From Trichomonas gallinae (taxonomy: Eukaryota), in contig MRSU01000563.1 of assembly GCA_008369845.1 (NCBI GenBank), forward strand, positions 1 to 64,000: DNA of 64,000 bases, written 5' to 3'. Made by a program: the position numbers and the translations under genes. Under the pieces are notes generated by a model that was not told the DNA's origin, made no database searches, and saw only the letters and a program-made list of their open reading frames with translations. This document shows positions 20,032-32,153 of this stretch, in pieces. Positions within the stretch are counted from its first letter, which is position 1; each line of letters starts with the position of its first letter.

Positions 20032-21078
20032 TTGATTTCTTTCATCAGTCAATTTGATGAGCAAACAGGAACGATTCAGAAATGCGATTTAACGTTCAGT
20101 GGATCTGTTGTTGTCCCTGATCTTTATAATTCCGTGCAAATTCAAATTATTGGAAAAGATGCATGCTTGAACGGAAATGTTCAAGAGGTAGATCTATCGC
20201 AGACAAATATTACATCGATTTCCACTCGTGCGTTTTATAGTTGCCAAAAATTAACACGAATAATTTTTCCAAATACTTTAATTTCCATTGGATCCAATGC
20301 CTTCTATCATACTTCGATGATCGATATAAATATACCTGCTTCTTTGACCGATTTCACAGGTTTTGCGTTTAATCAAGCTTATAATTTGACGAATATTGAA
20401 GTTGAAAATGAAAACCCAGCATTTACCAGTATCAATAACTGTATTTACACGAAAGATTTGCTTAAATTAGTAAAAATTGGTAATAATGTTACAATAACAG
20501 ATATAATTTACTTTAACCAAATAACAACCATTGGTGAGTTCGCATTCGCAGGCAATTACAACATAAAAGAGTTCATTGGTCCCAAAAACCTTTTTTCCGT
20601 TGAACAATTTTGCTTTCATCGTTTAGCAGTTCTCGAGAAAGTTGACCTATCATTAACTTCACTGACAAATCTCTCCAGGAACTGCTTCTTCTATGCTTTC
20701 AGTTTGAAAACAATAATACTTCCTCTTAGCCTCCAGTACATACCTGAGTCATCATTTGCAACTGTCCCGAGGCTGAGAAAACTGATCATTCCATCGAACG
20801 TAACTTTTATTTCCAATAAAGCAACAATCGACTGCGAAAACCTTGCAATTGTTGTGTACATTGGATCTTCTGACTTCTCTAACAGGCAAATATTCTTCAA
20901 TTGTCCTCGTTTATCCGAAATTAGAGTTATTCCTCAATATCCAAGTTCAAATTTCGGAAATTACGATGTTAAGAAGACTGCTTATCATTATTTATTGCTT
21001 GATCCATGTCTAACAATCAATGAAAATGCTTATTCTAGATTTAATTTATCAATATTAATGATATTTATATTACTTTGA
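20032..21078 (+). CDS. BspA-like (TpLRR) leucine-rich repeat surface protein; begins with TTG, no N-terminal ATG
   Basis: Repeats of the type ITSISTRAFYSCQKLTRIIFPNTLISIGSNAF; hydrophobic C-terminal tail. Confidence 0.85.
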   Translation: MISFISQFDEQTGTIQKCDLTFSGSVVVPDLYNSVQIQIIGKDACLNGNVQEVDLSQTNITSISTRAFYSCQKLTRIIFPNTLISIGSNAFYHTSMIDINIPASLTDFTGFAFNQAYNLTNIEVENENPAFTSINNCIYTKDLLKLVKIGNNVTITDIIYFNQITTIGEFAFAGNYNIKEFIGPKNLFSVEQFCFHRLAVLEKVDLSLTSLTNLSRNCFFYAFSLKTIILPLSLQYIPESSFATVPRLRKLIIPSNVTFISNKATIDCENLAIVVYIGSSDFSNRQIFFNCPRLSEIRVIPQYPSSNFGNYDVKKTAYHYLLLDPCLTINENAYSRFNLSILMIFILL

Positions 21079-21785
21079 ATATAAACACAAAAAGAACATA
21101 CAATAATGAATTGATTGAATTATTATGAAAAATGAGGTCTAATTATTGATTATGATTTTATAAATTAGATATAAAATTGAATTCAATTATCAAAATTATC
21201 TGCTAATGCAATAACTCTGTTATATATATCCACTCTACATTGATGGAAGCCAGCCAAAACACTATTGCATCAACTTAAAAAATAATTCTCTTGAACGAAT
21301 CCAGATAACTGCCAGACATTGTAATTACAATATAGTCCTCTAATTCCTTTGATGTCAATAAAAATTATTTGTTTTTTTCTATAATTTGATGAATTTAATA
21401 TTCAAAACATAATTTTAAATCGAGAGAAAGTGTATTTGGCATATTAACATGATAAAGAGTCAAATACTTTGTTGTAAATGGCATCATTCTAATCAATCAA
21501 AAAAATACATTTTATCAATAATCATTTTTCACAGTGAACTCAATAAAATTTGATTTTATTATTTTGTTCTAACAAAGGATCGTAAAGAAAATAGTAACAA
21601 GAACCTAAAAATTATTTCCAGAATAAAAATATCAATTGCATTGATCGTTTAAAGCCTGTAAATATGCTTTTTAAGTAATGGAGACATTCATATAAGCGTC
21701 GAGTATAGTTGAATCCTCATATTTATTCATGATCTTGATTCAATCTCGATTACTTTCAATAATTTAAAGTGGAGAATATTAAATA

Positions 21786-23618
21786 ATGAATTCATGGACA
21801 TTAGGCAGTACATCTGGATCATTGGAACACTTAGTAGTCCAAGATCAAGTTGCGACATTTAATTATCCATGTGAAAAAACATATGAATGCACTTACTATC
21901 ATTCAGTACTTCCACCTGGATATTATAAACTTGAAGTTTGGGGTGCCAGAGGCGGAAGAGGAAAATATCATTCTAATCCATGTGATCCTATTGGTATGGG
22001 TGGATACTCAGTTGGAGTTTTGCATCTTACAGAATCTTCAGATGTATACGTAAATGTGGGTGGAATGGGTGAAGACGTTAAAAATCCAACTTCACTTCCA
22101 TCGTATGGTGGATATAATGGAGGAGGAACAACATTAGGAGACCACAATGATGATGGTATAAATTTAGGAAGTGGAGGATGTGGTGGTGCATCAGATATAA
22201 GAATTGGAAATAATAATCCAGAAAATCGAGTCATTGTGGCAGGTGGAGGTGGTGGAGGTTCGTGGATGACATGTGACAAGTGGGATAAGCTGAATGGTGC
22301 TGGATTTGGAGGTGGTTTGGAAGCAGGTGCTCATGCATTTTATCATGTTATGCTAAAACGCGCAACTCAAAATTCAGGCTACAACCAAAATGGAATTGGA
22401 CAGGATGGACAAAAAGGAGCTAATGCGTACTCAGGTGGAGGTGGTGGTGGTTATTGGGGAGGCTATTCTGATTCTGCAGGCCAAGCAGGTGGTGGATCGG
22501 GCTATGTTGGAAAGGTAATTTCCTATGATGGAATAACTGCCCAAACCATTCCAGGAAATGAAAGTTTTATGCTAGCTAACGGGCAAACAAACAAAGGAAA
22601 CAATGGAAACGGTGCTGCGAGAATAACTATGCTAAAATTTGACTATCAGATGAATTTTGAGAACTCTTTGAACCCATTCTATGAACCTTATTCTGACATT
22701 CAACTAAATTTCACAGTACCATCTATTATATTGAACGAGCATATTACAATCACAAGAACACTTGTTAACGAAGAGATAACCATATATGATAATGATGACA
22801 TTGGTGTGGATTTCCACATTATAGATAAATTTTCTGCTCCGTCAAAAACTGGAAAACATCAGTTAATTTATAAAGCTATTTCCAAGAATTCATTTGTTAC
22901 TACAAATATATTCGAGTTGCTGGTCAATATACCTCCCAAAATCAAAGTATTAGGTAGGATAAAACCATGTTTTGCTAGGAAAGAAACGTCATCAATAAGC
23001 GTTGAAGTCTTCGATGATTCTTTTGTGACACTTTATTTGACTGATAAAAGCTGCATGAATATTCAACGTAAAATCGAATGTAACTACCAGCACAATGTCA
23101 CAAACCTGAAGTTTATTATACCTGACTATGAAATTAATACAGAACACACAATTTATATATTTGCAGTCGATGAATATGAAAATAAGTCAAACATCATTCC
23201 TTTCGTCTTCAAAATCGTTGCTGAAAAGACTCCAGACATCAACATAACCAATAAACTCATCGATATTTACACGTACAAAGAGCGCTATATATCAGTGCAA
23301 GGATTCGTTTCGAATTCTGGTGTTGGCCCAAAGCTTTCTTTGTTCGGTTATATAGACAATAATTTAAGAATCAATCAAACATACGAAGCTGCCTCTAACT
23401 CTTTTTTCATTTACGAAATCAATTGTCCACTAGATGGATTAAGCCAGAAAGTTCATTACTTAAAGATTTACGCTTCTGATAGTTATTATAGAGAATCAAA
23501 TCGAATATTGCACAGATTTGCTTACATAAATGACGGAAGAGCTTTCGGTTTTGTATCTTGCAACACAAGGGAAGTTTGTTTTATGTTTGAAACTTTATTA
23601 ATATTTATGATTGTTTAA
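21786..23618 (+). CDS. Glycine-rich domain protein with C-terminal beta-rich (Ig-like) repeats
   Basis: FNYPC..C..LPPGYYKLEVWGARGG, GGYNGGG, GGASDIR, RVIVAGGGGG, GNGAARIT; then about three ~100-aa beta-rich units and a hydrophobic tail. Confidence 0.88.
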   Translation: MNSWTLGSTSGSLEHLVVQDQVATFNYPCEKTYECTYYHSVLPPGYYKLEVWGARGGRGKYHSNPCDPIGMGGYSVGVLHLTESSDVYVNVGGMGEDVKNPTSLPSYGGYNGGGTTLGDHNDDGINLGSGGCGGASDIRIGNNNPENRVIVAGGGGGGSWMTCDKWDKLNGAGFGGGLEAGAHAFYHVMLKRATQNSGYNQNGIGQDGQKGANAYSGGGGGGYWGGYSDSAGQAGGGSGYVGKVISYDGITAQTIPGNESFMLANGQTNKGNNGNGAARITMLKFDYQMNFENSLNPFYEPYSDIQLNFTVPSIILNEHITITRTLVNEEITIYDNDDIGVDFHIIDKFSAPSKTGKHQLIYKAISKNSFVTTNIFELLVNIPPKIKVLGRIKPCFARKETSSISVEVFDDSFVTLYLTDKSCMNIQRKIECNYQHNVTNLKFIIPDYEINTEHTIYIFAVDEYENKSNIIPFVFKIVAEKTPDINITNKLIDIYTYKERYISVQGFVSNSGVGPKLSLFGYIDNNLRINQTYEAASNSFFIYEINCPLDGLSQKVHYLKIYASDSYYRESNRILHRFAYINDGRAFGFVSCNTREVCFMFETLLIFMIV

Positions 23619-24935
23619 ATATTATATTATCTATTAAAAATCTAAAATTTTTTCATATATCTGTAATATATAGAGTAGAAATCAAGGATTTATATCAAAT
23701 ATAAGTAGATTAGTGTCGCTTTCAGTATGAGAAATCAAGGAAAAATGTAGGAAATAACAAGTTGAAGGGAAACATGGTGGATAATCATTAAATATGGGAT
23801 TGACTTATGATTATATGTGTTATATTAAGAGTGAAAAGTCTCAAACTCGGTTAGTGATTTTTGATGGAAAAGATTACACTGTAAAAACTATTTTGATCAT
23901 TCATCGTAATAGATTTGGAATATTCTACTGATATGTATTATAATGCAAAAGGTTAAAACCCATTATCGTGATGGTAATCTTCAATGGGCTTTGAAATTGG
24001 CAGGCGCAAACGTGGAATAATAGTGAAAATAGATTTAATATGCCATATGGAGACCATATAAAGAGTAAAAAATGCTACAGTCAAAGATGGAGAAATTGGA
24101 AAATCGCGATATTTCAATAAAAACGAAATATTTGAGGGTTATTCGTTATGGCTATTATAGAAAGTAGTTTTAAATCTCGAATAAAAATTTCAAAAGGTTT
24201 ACGGTAAAATTGAGAGGAAAGAAATGACAGGTTTAACTCGAATTCAGAAAAATGGGAGAATTTATTATGGGTATTGCATGTTGACATTATTTCTCAAATT
24301 ATTTTTTGTGCGTAGATATTTTTTATTAAATATGGTTATTATATATCATATAGATGCTATATTTAACAATAAAGATGAAATACTGACAATACAAATGGCA
24401 ATTTGGGAACTTTTAATGGTATCTGTATTACATGGTATAGTTAACTGAAATCACCAACAAATCGAATAATAATAAAATTTGGCAAATATATTAATAACGA
24501 ACAAAATTTCTTCTGAAAATATTGAATGAAACCTGGACATTTTAAAAATACCATCTGTAGAAATGATATAGATTATATATTTTAAGTAAAAACGCAAAAT
24601 CAAAAATATTGCCAGGTTGATTGATTACAGGATGTGAAGCAATGCAGAATATAAAGAAAATTCTATTGATTTATTTTTGGCTAAAAATTTCTCAAATTAT
24701 TTTTCATCGTCTTGTGATGTTTTTGATGCTTGTATATACCTGATAATGATTTTAGTTTTCGATTTTGAGATTCAACCTCTCAAATAATTGAAAATTTTTC
24801 TGAGTAAATCTCAAATTTTCATAGTTGTATAGAAAAATTTGCGAACATCCTAACTTCTATTGACTATATACAGCGATATTCAAAGAAAATTCATAAATTT
24901 GTAAACTTGTCAATCTCTAAAATCAAATTTTAAGA

Positions 24936-25175
24936 ATGTTCTACAATGATCACGAGATTTACCACGAGTCATTGGATAGCGATTCCATGATCAACTCTTT
25001 CGCCGTTTGCGTAAGACCGACAGCTACGCCAGAAGGTTTCGTTGAAACTTTCGATTCTGATTCAATTGAATTCGATTCTTCCGACATAATGAACTTCGAG
25101 GAGGAAGGATTCAGACAAAGCTCATTCTCAAAAGTTTTCTCTCCATCTCTCCACCAAGCTTTAGACTTTAGCTAA
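24936..25175 (+). CDS. Small acidic hypothetical protein (79 aa)
   Basis: ATG start, GC content above the flanks, C-ending codons (TTC, AAC, GCC) as in the neighbouring housekeeping genes. Confidence 0.6.
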   Translation: MFYNDHEIYHESLDSDSMINSFAVCVRPTATPEGFVETFDSDSIEFDSSDIMNFEEEGFRQSSFSKVFSPSLHQALDFS

Positions 25176-26221
25176 TTTTTACTTCAAATGGAAATCAACA
25201 ACAAAAAAATCATTGATTGGTTCTTTAACCCATCTATACATTATTCCCATTGTTTGAATAAATTTTGTTTATTAAAAATACGCCGACCGTTTTTAATATT
25301 TTTCCATTGTCTGTTGATTTTGGGTTAAACAGATAAAAATGCGACAGATGATGTCTTTTTAGACTGAATCTGTGAAATTCCCTAGAAATAAACTGTTCTC
25401 GTTGTTTATTTTTGAGGTAAAATTTTATTCAAAAATAATATACTTCATATCGAGCCAAAAATCACATTTTCAGATTGTCCATCTAAAATAGATCTAATTC
25501 TATTATTTTCTTTTTTGAATCCGTGAAGATTTATCATAAAAATCTAATTTTTCTAAAAAAACTTTTAATATATTATTTATTGATAAATTTGTAATCGGAG
25601 TTTTTTTTAATGGTTGCATTGAAAAGAACTACTTATCAAGATGAAAAATTTGCTTTTTGAGAACAAATTAGCTAAATTTTGAAAATTTTTGAACAAAGAA
25701 ATTCGACCATCCACATTTTATATAATGGAATTACATAAATATGATACTAATAGACCTAAATACAAAGTAAAACAGCTGAACACCACTCCATTCAATTCCA
25801 GTACCGGAGAAAATACTATTTTAAAAACATTTTAATATGCTAACAACATGCTATAGGAATAGATTCTAGTGGTTGCACAAAAATTCTATGATGTTTAAAT
25901 AGAACAATAAATCGAATATACACTACTATTCTTTTATATTTAATAATATAGCTCATTTTCATTAACACTATAATATATCTAAGTGTTGAGATTACATATC
26001 AAATATTTGATTTACATTTTTATTAAGAATATGAAAAATTTGATTTTTAATGAGAATCTATATGTAAAATGTCATGTAAATAACTTAGATATTCTAATTA
26101 TATTGATAAAATACTATAATTGTTTAAATATTTAAATGAAATAATATTTATATGTATGCTTTGATTAAAATGGTAATTTTTATTTAGTTAATGACACAAA
26201 ACTTGATTTTTTGTTAGAAAT

Positions 26222-27433
26222 TTAGTTGTCTTTAGATTCGATGTATTGCAAAGCTAAAGTTAAGACTCCAGAGACTGCTTGTGGTTCGACATTTTCTGGC
26301 ACATCGAGATTTGTGTGGTAGACAGGGTCATAGTCGCCAACTGTCCATGGAAGTCCGATTAATGTTGTAGCTTTGATTCCATGACGAGCTGCTTCAGCAG
26401 CGTCTGTTCCTCCGAGTAAGAACAACAAATCTTTCTGTTGGACCTTGATATCATTCTTTTTGCCTATCTCAACAATTTCATCACACATTTGTTTGTCAAG
26501 TGGTAAAAATCCGTTGATATCTGACTTGAGTAATGTGAATTCTTTCAAGAAAAATGGAGAATCTACATTGAAATTAGTACAATTAACAAATTCTTTTGCG
26601 TGAGCACTCCAAAACGCTCTAGATCCACGTAATCCAGCTTCCTCACCATCAAACGATGCAATTACAAGTCTTGTATGCTTCAGTTTGTTCTTTGAGAAAT
26701 ATTTTGCGATTTCGATTCCAATGGATGAAGCAATTAGATTATCACCAGCACCAGGTGTTCCTTCATCCTTCACGAAATTCCACGAAGACATGGCGATTAA
26801 CGTGTAAAACGCGAAGAAAATATTCATTTTTCTCATGAAACAAGGAGTTTGCCCGAAGAAGTCAAACTGGCTCTGATTGTTGCTGTACAACAAGTACATC
26901 TCAATGAACATGCCTACAGCTAAAAATAACGGCGTCAAGAGGCCCAAAGCGGCTCTGATTAAGAAAAGCTTGGGGAGGAATTCGTAGAAGCCAAATATGT
27001 AGGCACTGTCATGGTGACCTGAAAATACGACTGTCTGTTTAGTTTCTTCGAGTGGTTCGATGATTCCATAAACATTTCTTCCTGTCGCTGATTTATAGAG
27101 TGGATCTGAGAATTTCATGAAGAAAACATCCTCTACAACGTAATTCAGTACAGCAAGGAATCCGAAAACAGCACCAAACATCGGAAAATTAAACCAAGCG
27201 CAAATAACGCCGATAAGGTAAATAATGTCCGAATAACGGACCCATCCGAGGAATGCTCTCGGGTTGCACTTAAATGTTTCCGATTTAGTGAAATCGCAAT
27301 ATTGCTTTAAATCATTTTCGATGTATTCGGCCGCTTTGTGTGTAGATTCGTCGCCAACGAGTCTAGGACCGAACAAGTTGATGATTGTTTTGACTCTTTC
27401 GAAAGCAGAATCACGTAATTCGTTGATCGTCAT
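26222..27433 (-). CDS. M28 family zinc metallopeptidase with membrane segments
   Basis: SGHHDS, GAGDN, DGEEAGLRGS, NVD, GTDA, YHT..D. First ATG at 27433 (MTINELRD). Confidence 0.92.
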   Translation of the reverse strand: MTINELRDSAFERVKTIINLFGPRLVGDESTHKAAEYIENDLKQYCDFTKSETFKCNPRAFLGWVRYSDIIYLIGVICAWFNFPMFGAVFGFLAVLNYVVEDVFFMKFSDPLYKSATGRNVYGIIEPLEETKQTVVFSGHHDSAYIFGFYEFLPKLFLIRAALGLLTPLFLAVGMFIEMYLLYSNNQSQFDFFGQTPCFMRKMNIFFAFYTLIAMSSWNFVKDEGTPGAGDNLIASSIGIEIAKYFSKNKLKHTRLVIASFDGEEAGLRGSRAFWSAHAKEFVNCTNFNVDSPFFLKEFTLLKSDINGFLPLDKQMCDEIVEIGKKNDIKVQQKDLLFLLGGTDAAEAARHGIKATTLIGLPWTVGDYDPVYHTNLDVPENVEPQAVSGVLTLALQYIESKDN

Positions 27434-27893
27434 TTTTTCTGAGAAATATAACCTTAAATTTTTTGACAAAAAATTTTAAAAATCACGAATCCGAAATCGC
27501 ACAACGAAATACGCCTAAATAGAGTCAACAAAGGCGATTTATCACACAACGGAAAACTAACTTTCCATCGGTAAAAATATTGTTTTTTATTTTCCGATAC
27601 TAGAACAAAATGAACCTATAAATCGCATTCACTTGTTATAGCATTGCTTATTTCTATTTACCATAAATTTAAAATATTATTCAAAATTAATATAAACGAA
27701 TATCCATATTTTTATTTATTGTTTTATATTTATATAGCTACATATAGCTTATTTTTACTTGCATTTCCTTTTATTTACTATATAAATATTTTTGATAAAA
27801 AATATTTTAAAAATAGAAAAAATTATGGATGTTTGGATAAAATAGATAGAATAGTTAGTATATTTATTTGTTCCTCGCAGTACTATATTCACT

Positions 27894-28490
27894 TTAACAA
27901 TTACAATCGTTATTGCTGGCAACTTTTGGTCCTGTGGCTTTAGTTTTGGTCTGAAGTTGGCCTTTCTCGGCTCTATCATAGACCTGTTTCGCTCCACGGT
28001 AAAATGCTTCTTGAACATTGTCTCCACCTCTTGCAGATGTCTCAAGGTAAACTAATTGGTGATTGTTAGCGAATTCTGTTGCTTCTGATGTTGTTACTGC
28101 TCTCTGAGCAGCCATATCAAGTTTATTTCCTATCAATGTAACAGCGGCATTAGGATCACATAGGCTATGTACATCATTCAGCCAGTATGTGAGTTCATCG
28201 AATGACTTTCTATCAGTAATATCGTAAACAAGAATAACTCCGACAGCATGTCTGAAATATGAGCGTGCAATAGCTCTAAACTTCTCTTGACCAGCTGTAT
28301 CCCATATCTGAAGCTTAACCGGGTTGCCGCCTATGTCCATAACAGTCGACAAATACTGAACACCGATTGTTGACTGCGTCTCGCTGTTAAATGTGCCATC
28401 AATCAATCGGGTGAGAAGTGACGTCTTTCCAACACCGCTCATACCGATTACAATGAATTTGAAGTTGTATTTATAATCAACTCCAATCAT
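27894..28490 (-). CDS. Rab family small GTPase
   Basis: GMSGVGKT, TIGV, KLQIWDTAGQE, YFR, NKLD, ETSA; C-terminal CNC prenylation motif. Confidence 0.97.
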   Translation of the reverse strand: MIGVDYKYNFKFIVIGMSGVGKTSLLTRLIDGTFNSETQSTIGVQYLSTVMDIGGNPVKLQIWDTAGQEKFRAIARSYFRHAVGVILVYDITDRKSFDELTYWLNDVHSLCDPNAAVTLIGNKLDMAAQRAVTTSEATEFANNHQLVYLETSARGGDNVQEAFYRGAKQVYDRAEKGQLQTKTKATGPKVASNNDCNC

Positions 28491-28748
28491 TTATATTTTT
28501 ACACCTATCGTTAGCTAAAAGTGACGACTACATGACGTTAAATATGTCAAAAATCAAGTTTACGTGTCAAATTATTTATATATTTGAGCTAATTACAATC
28601 TATATTCATTATATAGAGATTAAACAAACTTAATATTTTTGATTATTTTTCATTCTTGAATAGTTCAGATATATAATATTTATTGGAAAAAAATTGGAAT
28701 TTGAATGTATAAAGTTTAGAATAACATGGTGATGTGACAAAAGAATAG

Positions 28749-29150
28749 TTATTTTGGAACTAATGCCATAACCTTTGTAACAAATACTTGAAAATATTTT
28801 AATTCATTCTCCAGAACTTGATTTTCAGTAGTCAACTGAACAGCCTGAGCATTAAGTTTGAATACTTGTGTTCTCAGTTGATCGTTTGTAGCTTCGAGAT
28901 CGCTTAGATAGTTATCTTTCTTTTTCCTCCATTTTTGGGCAGCAACACGATTGCGCTCTCTCAAATCAGATTTATCATCAACAGAAATCTCATTTTCTAT
29001 CTCTGAGTCTTCATTCTCATGATATTTATTTTGAGGAATTGGGATTGCCGGAAAAGTCGCTTTATATTGTTCCTGAGGAGGCATCATAGGCCTGTGAATC
29101 TGTTCGGGTATAAGAGGAGGCAGCGGTGTGTAATAGTTTGCCTGAAACAT
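28749..29150 (-). CDS. bZIP transcription factor
   Basis: Basic region RERNRVAAQKWRKKK followed by leucine heptads. Confidence 0.93.
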   Translation of the reverse strand: MFQANYYTPLPPLIPEQIHRPMMPPQEQYKATFPAIPIPQNKYHENEDSEIENEISVDDKSDLRERNRVAAQKWRKKKDNYLSDLEATNDQLRTQVFKLNAQAVQLTTENQVLENELKYFQVFVTKVMALVPK

Positions 29151-29584
29151 CTAATTATGTTTTCTGCAAAATATTACGCGAGTTTGCATAATTTTGGCAA
29201 ATCGCATAATTTCATTCTAATAATGCACAGAGTATTATTTTTGATGCAAAACCAAATTTGCCATGTAAAATAAATGTCAGATTTCTTCATTTTCATAATT
29301 TTCCAGTCATTTCAAATCACTAGTGATCGCTGATCTAACAGATATATTTCAGTGTATGTGATATAATATTGTCCTATAATCATACTTTATGCATATATAT
29401 GACTCATATATGATAATTTATCATAACATAAAGCAATTTTTATAAACTAAAAATAAGACTATTGGGCATTAAAGTATATTTTTGGTTTTTAAATCTTATA
29501 AGTAGACATATATATTTAGTTTGAAGTCATGTTACTTGTTAGAATCATATAGTAAGAGCTTATAATTCTAATTTGATACTTGTC

Positions 29585-29616
29585 AAATATTTTTTGACAT
29601 TTGTCAAAAAATATTT
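29585..29616. repeat. Perfect 15-bp inverted repeat with a 2-nt spacer
   Basis: AAATATTTTTTGACA-TT-TGTCAAAAAATATTT. Confidence 0.9.
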
Positions 29617-29848
29617 TTTCATCATTTATAGACCGTTATATTGACAATTTGAGCTTAAAATTGTGAAATTAATATAATTATATTATTTAGATGTTATATC
29701 TTGAATATCATTGGAATTAATTTTTTCCGTTAATTTTGAATACTTTACAAAATTATTTTTTTCTTGCGAAAGAAGAAACAGAAAAAAGAGAAGTTAGACA
29801 GACACATTTTTACAGACAAATAATACAACGCAATTGAAAGGAACAGCG

Positions 29849-30691
29849 TCAATGATCCAAAGTTTCGAATGAATCAAATATCGTAAAATTATTTGGCTGT
29901 ATCACGTTAAAGAATGGAGAATTCGGGGATATGTTACCAGATAAAGGAGAAAACAATGCTTTCTCAGTAAACTTTGGAGATAAGAAGATCGGAGATGTTC
30001 TAGAACCAGGCGAGAAGAAAGAGCTTGGGCTATTACTTGCGCTCTTCGAAGACAAATTCACAAAAGATATCTCATCCTTCGGAGAAGTAGTTTCTGAAGG
30101 AGAAGATTGATTTTCTTGTTGTGTATTTGTTATTACTGGTGCTGGACGTGACACCAATTGCTTAGCAATTCTCCTCTTCCTCTTAGACGTATCAGGGGCA
30201 AGCATATCATTTCCGTTTTCATCTTTAACTATTCTCTTAGAAATTGATGCATGCCATCTGTTTTTAATCGCATTATCTGTTCTTCCTGGTAATATTCTTG
30301 CAATCAGCGACCATTTTGGTCCAATATCTTGATATCTTCCAAAAATAAGCTGATCTTCTTCAGGAGTCCAATCTCTATCAACGACATTTGGATCCAAATG
30401 ATTAAACCATCGCTCTCTGCACTGCTTAGCAGAGCGCATTGGAACGTATTCAGGAATTTTTTGCCAACATTTCGGCCCAAACTTCTCTACGAACATTCTA
30501 ATTTTATTATCCTCTTCCAAGGTGAACGCACCTTTGATGAGTGTTGGATCTAAGTACTTTTCCCATCTACTTGCAACTTGTGATGGAGTTTTGCTGGGAA
30601 AATGTTGTGCAATCACTGCCCACTGCTTGTTGTACTTCGTAACTAACTCCTTCAACAACGCGTCGTCCTCAGCAGACCACTTTGTTGACAT
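29849..30691 (-). CDS. Three-repeat Myb transcription factor
   Basis: WSAEDD..W..RW, FTLEED..W..RSAKQCRERW, WTPEED..W..GRTDNAIKNRW. ATG at 30691, preceded by TCATTTT. Confidence 0.95.
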   Translation of the reverse strand: MSTKWSAEDDALLKELVTKYNKQWAVIAQHFPSKTPSQVASRWEKYLDPTLIKGAFTLEEDNKIRMFVEKFGPKCWQKIPEYVPMRSAKQCRERWFNHLDPNVVDRDWTPEEDQLIFGRYQDIGPKWSLIARILPGRTDNAIKNRWHASISKRIVKDENGNDMLAPDTSKRKRRIAKQLVSRPAPVITNTQQENQSSPSETTSPKDEISFVNLSSKSASNSPSSFFSPGSRTSPIFLSPKFTEKALFSPLSGNISPNSPFFNVIQPNNFTIFDSFETLDH

Positions 30692-32153
30692 CAATAAAAT
30701 GACAAAATTTTAAAAGGATTCAAAAAATTAAATCATAATAACGTGATTTTATATTTCAATTTTTGAATTGAAAACGATTATTTCTCGTTATTAACGAAAA
30801 AAACGTTCTTTTTTCCTGCGAGATTTGTTCGAATTTGGATTGGACATCTCCTTTGACATATTTTTGCAACATCAAAAAACATAAAACACTTTATTTTTCA
30901 AAAAATAGCAATCAAGGTATTTTATCATTCTAAAATATCACACTAAATATTACTGGTATTAACTTTACTTTAACAAAAAAAAAATCATTTGAAATTTAAA
31001 AAAGCAACAATTGTCTCAAAATATATCTATTGGTGAAAATATATATAATGATAAATGGATGAAGCTCGTTTACTTTATCAAAAATGAGGAAGTTTTGAGA
31101 GGATAAAGCACGTTTTTTCGGAGTGTTGTCACTTTTGTATACATGACAGATATATAAATTGTAAATCAGTTTTGTGAGCAAAAGACGTTATTTTTTACTC
31201 TTGATTACTTTATAAAACGATGATTTTTGCGCATAATTTTTTTCCTTTTTTTTGAACATGCACGTTTTTTATCATCTTTTTTATTTTTTATTCCCAAACA
31301 CTCACATTTATGCTGTGGATATGAAATTTATCATGTATGGTCGAATCCGCATCAAATTGAATCGATAAATATTTGTTAGGAATCAACGTGCTTTCTTTAT
31401 TTTCATTATTCGTTTTACCTTTTAGTCTTTTGTCGTCCGTTTTCTGTTTTTTTTTTTTTTTTCCATACTGAATAAAAATAATTTGATTTTTTCGATTTTC
31501 TTGACGATAAAAAACTTTTGTCGATATAATATAGAGCTTGAAATACCATATCAATTCTATTTTATCATGAACTACTGCTAAAAATGCATTCATGCTGTAA
31601 TCATCAATTAAACATCGGACAAAATAGAATTATTCGAATCTATTGCATGGAAATATGCATAGAATAGCAATATGATTCTGTTGACATTGATATGAATAGC
31701 GATTTGCCATAAACAAATTGCTTTATTTGATTTCGCTTTGTTATATAAAGGGGTTTTTCACTGATTGCTCTTAAGGATTTAAAAGTTTAATAGTTATATA
31801 TAGCAGATACATTGATCTATTGCCGATTCAATAAATACTTACAGCGAAAATTAGAAGATAATTAATTAACCTTATTTCTTCATCTGATCATTCATCAACT
31901 TTTAATCAGCTTCTGGTCACTTTTGAAGTTGATGAGAGTAATATGCAGTGAAAATGGATCATGATCATCCAGGAATATAATGTATTATTTAATATAATTT
32001 ATGTTTTTGAATCAAACTGCAAATAATTATAAATCAATCTTTTTGAATCAATTTCAAATTCATCAACGCATAACATTATATAAATATACATATTTAAAAT
32101 ATACTCTATAAAATTAAAACACGTTTTTCAATGTATCAAATAACAATTTGCAA

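Noticed and set aside
27644..28045. ORFs 27644-27943 and 27755-28045, and similarly 31288-31593 and 33932-34129
   Set aside because: I/F/Y/K/N-rich translations of AT-rich intergenic or UTR sequence.
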